Assembly (NCBI RefSeq): GCF_032191835.1
Contig: NC_083224.1
Location: 122,760,001 to 122,824,000, forward strand
Length of the DNA stretch: 64,000 nucleotides
Direction of reading: 5' to 3'
DNA from: Heteronotia binoei
Taxonomy: Eukaryota
Position 1 is the first letter of the stretch; every line of letters starts with the position of its first letter. Shown here in pieces: positions 60,541 to 64,000 of the stretch. The position numbers and the translations under genes were made by a program. Under the pieces are notes generated by a model that worked only from the letters and a program-made list of their open reading frames with translations, did not search any database and was not told the origin of the DNA.

Positions 60541-61164
60541 GTATTTATTTTTCTAGCAGGGAAGCCCTACTCCTTGAGTTTCTGACACCACCCTTCATAA
60601 TGCTTTAGAAACAGTAGCTTTTTTCCTTCTTGAAACATGCACATCTGTTTCATTGGAGATTTGTACTTCATCCATGCTAGAAATGTCCCTCAGTATTTCC
60701 AGCAGATTGGCTCTCTCATCCAGTTTTGTTTTTACATTAATATTAATGGATTTATGCATGACCATATCCAGTGGCAAAAGAGGTAAGTAAGCATACAGTA
60801 TAGCATATCACCAACCTTTCTACCCAGAGCCAAAGATGTTTTTGGTCATGATGCAGCTAGTGTAAAATATTTTTAAATCCCATTGATCTCAGAGGGAGAG
60901 GTTTAAATGTGTGCTTGACACAATGAAATCAAAGGATTTCAAAACTGTTTCATTTTGGCTAGATAGTGGCTGCTCTTTGCATGGTAGTGTTGCTCATCTA
61001 CTTCAGCAGTGTAACTGCAACTAGGATGAGCTTATGTGGTGTGGAAGCGTGGAAGCAGACAGTTTGGATTACTTATTCTAAAACAAATATAATTATGGCA
61101 TGGAAACGTATTAAGAAAAGGAATTTAAAATAGTATGGATTATCTTTTGGGTGTCAGTTGGAAA

Positions 61165-61380
61165 GCAGGATTGTGGCTCAGTGGTAGAGCATTTGCTTGG
61201 CATGCAGAAGGTCCATGGTTTAATGCTGGCATCTCCAGTTAAAAAAGGATCAGGTAGTAGTGCTGTGAAGGACCTCTCTGCCTGAAACTCTGGAGAGTTG
61301 CTGCCATTCCGGGTGGACAATACTGGACTTTGATGGAGCAAGGGTCTGATTCAGTATAAGGTAGCTTCATGTGTGTTCAA
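61165..61380 (+). mobile_element. tRNA-derived SINE (Squam-like)
   Basis: GTGGCTCAGTGGTAGAGCAT..GCATGCAGAAGGTCC head; shares its body with 30838-31040 and 38130-38340. Confidence 0.6.
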
Positions 61381-61727
61381 GAGGAGTTTCAGAAAGGCTA
61401 GAAGAATGTATCTTGAAAAGAGTATACAGGTAACATTTTGAGTCATGTCTTGAGGGCCCTAGTTAAATCACCTTACATGAAAGTTCTGTAGAATATGAAC
61501 ATTTTCATATTATTTCAGAAGATAACTCCGCTGTATTATATTTCTGTATCAGATTTGGAACAGAAACTTTGGTCCTAAGTAGTGAATGGATGCTTTACTT
61601 TATCTGAAAACATGCAGAAGGCATGTTGGAATATAGTGGATGAATTGCTTGCTGGTCCTGTGGTTTTTGTTTTATTCCATTCCTCCCAATTTCTAAAATT
61701 TCTCAAAGATCTGTAGTAATCAGTCAT

Positions 61728-61925
61728 CAGGGCTTTTTTTGAACAGAAACGCACAGGAATGCAGTTCCAGCTGGCTTGGCCCCAGGGGGTGTGACCTAAT
61801 ATGCAAATGAGTTCCTGCCAGGCCTTTTTCTATAAGAAAGCCCTGTGCAAAACAATGGTGATGTCAGGAGTGTGGCCTAATATGCAAATGAGTTCTTACT
61901 GGGCCTTTTCTACAAAAAAGCCCTG
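61728..61925. mobile_element. MITE with CAGGGCTTTTTT TIRs and an internal duplication
   Basis: CAGGGCTTTTTTT ... AAAAAAGCCCTG; duplicated block with ATGCAAATGAGTTC at 61801 and 61882; no clear TSD. Confidence 0.65.
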
Positions 61926-62628
61926 GTTGTTGTGATACCATCTGCACAATTTGGACACAGTGAAAAGTAACGGCACATGTGGCAGGAACTGAAATGGTAC
62001 CTGGTTATCATAAAACTTGGGCAGAATCCAGGAAAAAATTTTGAAGTGAAAATCCTTCATCTTAATATAACTTAGCACAGTATCAGATAAAACTGCATTG
62101 ATTGGGTTGCCAATTCTGGAAATTCCTGGAGAGTTGGGGGTGAAGCCTGGGAAGAGTGGGGAGGGGAAGGATCTCAGCAGATTATGATCTTGCAGAGTCC
62201 ACCCTCAAAAAGAGTTACTTCCTCTGGGGGAACTGAACTCTGTTGCCTGGTGATCAGTTGTAATTCCAGGAGCTCTCCAGTCACCACCTGGAAGTTGTCA
62301 ACCACATCTATTGAGCTGGTGTGGCTTCTTTTCTGTTTGAGATTTTTTAGGTCAGATGGGTTCTCTGATGAATGGGTGCAAATGCCTCAGGAACTGCAGG
62401 CCAGGGTTTCATTACAAGTGGACTTGACAGGTCTAGTACAAACAAGAATAGGATTTAAAATTTTAACCTGCACTATTGAAGAGACAAATTTATTCTCTGG
62501 CCTCTCTTAATTCTTTTACCAGTTTGAATAACCAGTGGTCTGAAGGCATTTAGTCTTCTCTCTGTACTGTTAATGAACAAATATTAATAAATTAATACCA
62601 AGTGGTGCAAATAAAACTTGTATTATAG

Positions 62629-62753
62629 GTCACTGCAAGCCCTCTTTGCAGCCTTCCTCAGCCCCAAGTTGCAAAATCTCTGTGACGTCCACTATCAGTA
62701 TGGGTGCCAGCAGCAACAAAAAATCCAAGCTAATTGAACCAAATGCAGTAAAG
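62629..62753 (+). CDS. EFCAB7: EFCAB7 coding exon, 125 nt, (G)HCKPSLQPSSAPSCKISVTSTISMGASSNKKSKLIEPNAVK
   Basis: ttatag|GT...AAG|gtacat; phase 1 to phase 0; resembles recalled human KTSVSFTVTMGANGNRNSKLMEPNLIK. Confidence 0.85.
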
Positions 62754-64000
62754 GTACATGTATTTTTTTTTTTAAAAAAAAAATCAATTAACTTGTGCTT
62801 CTTGCTTTCAAGTACACACATTGCATTTTAAATACAAAACTATTTCTCTCCCTTTTATAGCTTATGTTTTATTAACTGCTTGTCAAGAGCAACAGTGTAG
62901 CATACAGAGATTTCTGGCTGCAAAATATTATAATAATAAACATTTGTATATAATGTTGGTTTTGCTGACATTCTGTTACTTAGGTTCATTTTTCAGGTGT
63001 GAATGTTTGCTCAAACGTAGCATGTTTTTCCATAAAGGAAAGCACTCTTGGATAAAATTGTTAATGACTGCTTGAAAAATGAAAAATTGAATAATTTATT
63101 AGTACTTTAAATGCTTAAGTAGCCTGAAAGATTATGTATCACAATCCTCTATAAGAAAGGTAATTGGAAATAAATATCTTCACACCTACTCCGATCAGAA
63201 GACATTAATTGGTAAATATACACTGTAGCCTGAAAATATTGACTTAGGAAAAGACTAATAAGTTTTACAAGTAATTTCTTTTAAATAAGTCATTCATTCA
63301 ATATCCCTTCCTGTGGGAGAAAGACAACAAAGTCACTTTGCTAAGTCAATATTTGTAGAGTGTTAATATTGATCTTTTCCTCTTTGTTTTCCCTTTCCTG
63401 ATCCAACCTTTACTAGTTTTCTTTCAACAGAAAATAATAGCCAGAGGAATATAAAACATTAACTGAAAACTGCTAAGATACATTAAAAATGTGCACCTTG
63501 AGACTTCTGTGCAATGGGAAAAAATGGTTATGACCACATAATATAACTGCAGCTAGAAGACTGAACTGATTGTTCTCTGGAGTTACATTTTTGTTTCAAA
63601 TAACAACTCTGTATTTGTTATTGAACTCTGAAGTCCTTTATATCTTTTACGTTGCTGGACAGTGACATTTGTTCTATATTAAAATTTTAAAACATCCTCT
63701 CCAATGATTTTTTTCCGTGTGTTTAGGTATTGGTACCCTTATGCAATTTAGGCTGTAATTCCAGCACGTTCAAAGATGATATGTAGTGTGTGAAGACACA
63801 GTTTTCTACTAGTAGTAACAATGCATTTCAACAGCCTAATAGAGTAGTAATGAAAACTACCGTAGCTTTCCAAGTGTTTATGACTAGCGAATGATTACAA
63901 GTCAAAGCTTTTGTAATTAATTAGTTATGTTCCCAAATATTAGTTCAGGGTTGTGTGCAGATTTGCTGCAGTTTTTTATTAATAATTTTTTGGTTTTGGT

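Noticed and set aside
61165-61240. tRNA-like sequences here and at 30838, 38280, 44100 and 56235
   Set aside because: They are SINE heads with degenerate cloverleafs that continue into SINE bodies; not tRNA genes.

Overview
Vertebrate genomic DNA from a squamate reptile, most likely a gecko (inferred from the repeat content: Sauria-type and tRNA-derived SINEs, BovB, CR1, L2, Rex/Babar, DIRS, hAT MITEs). Two divergently transcribed genes share a small CpG-rich promoter at about 31.2-31.5 kb. ITGB3BP (CENP-R) is on the minus strand: 7 coding exons were reconstructed with consistent splice phases (31224 down to 5439) and the terminal exon was not located. EFCAB7 is on the plus strand: 5 coding exons (47029-62753), and the gene runs past the window end. 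The introns are dense with transposons. The most notable is a 3,720-bp Ty1/copia element in ITGB3BP intron 2 with apparently identical 398-bp LTRs, a 5-bp TSD and a half-tRNA-iMet PBS. Its single open 886-aa ORF keeps Gag, protease and integrase but has no RT or RNase H, lacks the catalytic Glu of integrase through an in-frame 4-codon deletion, and ends in a charged helical tail. Also present are a related solo LTR nested in a MITE, an RT-deleted DIRS element with complete ITR/ICR termini, an AviRTE-like RTE fragment and a Rex1/Babar fragment with open RT frames. No tools were run: all family assignments rest on recalled motifs and manual reading.
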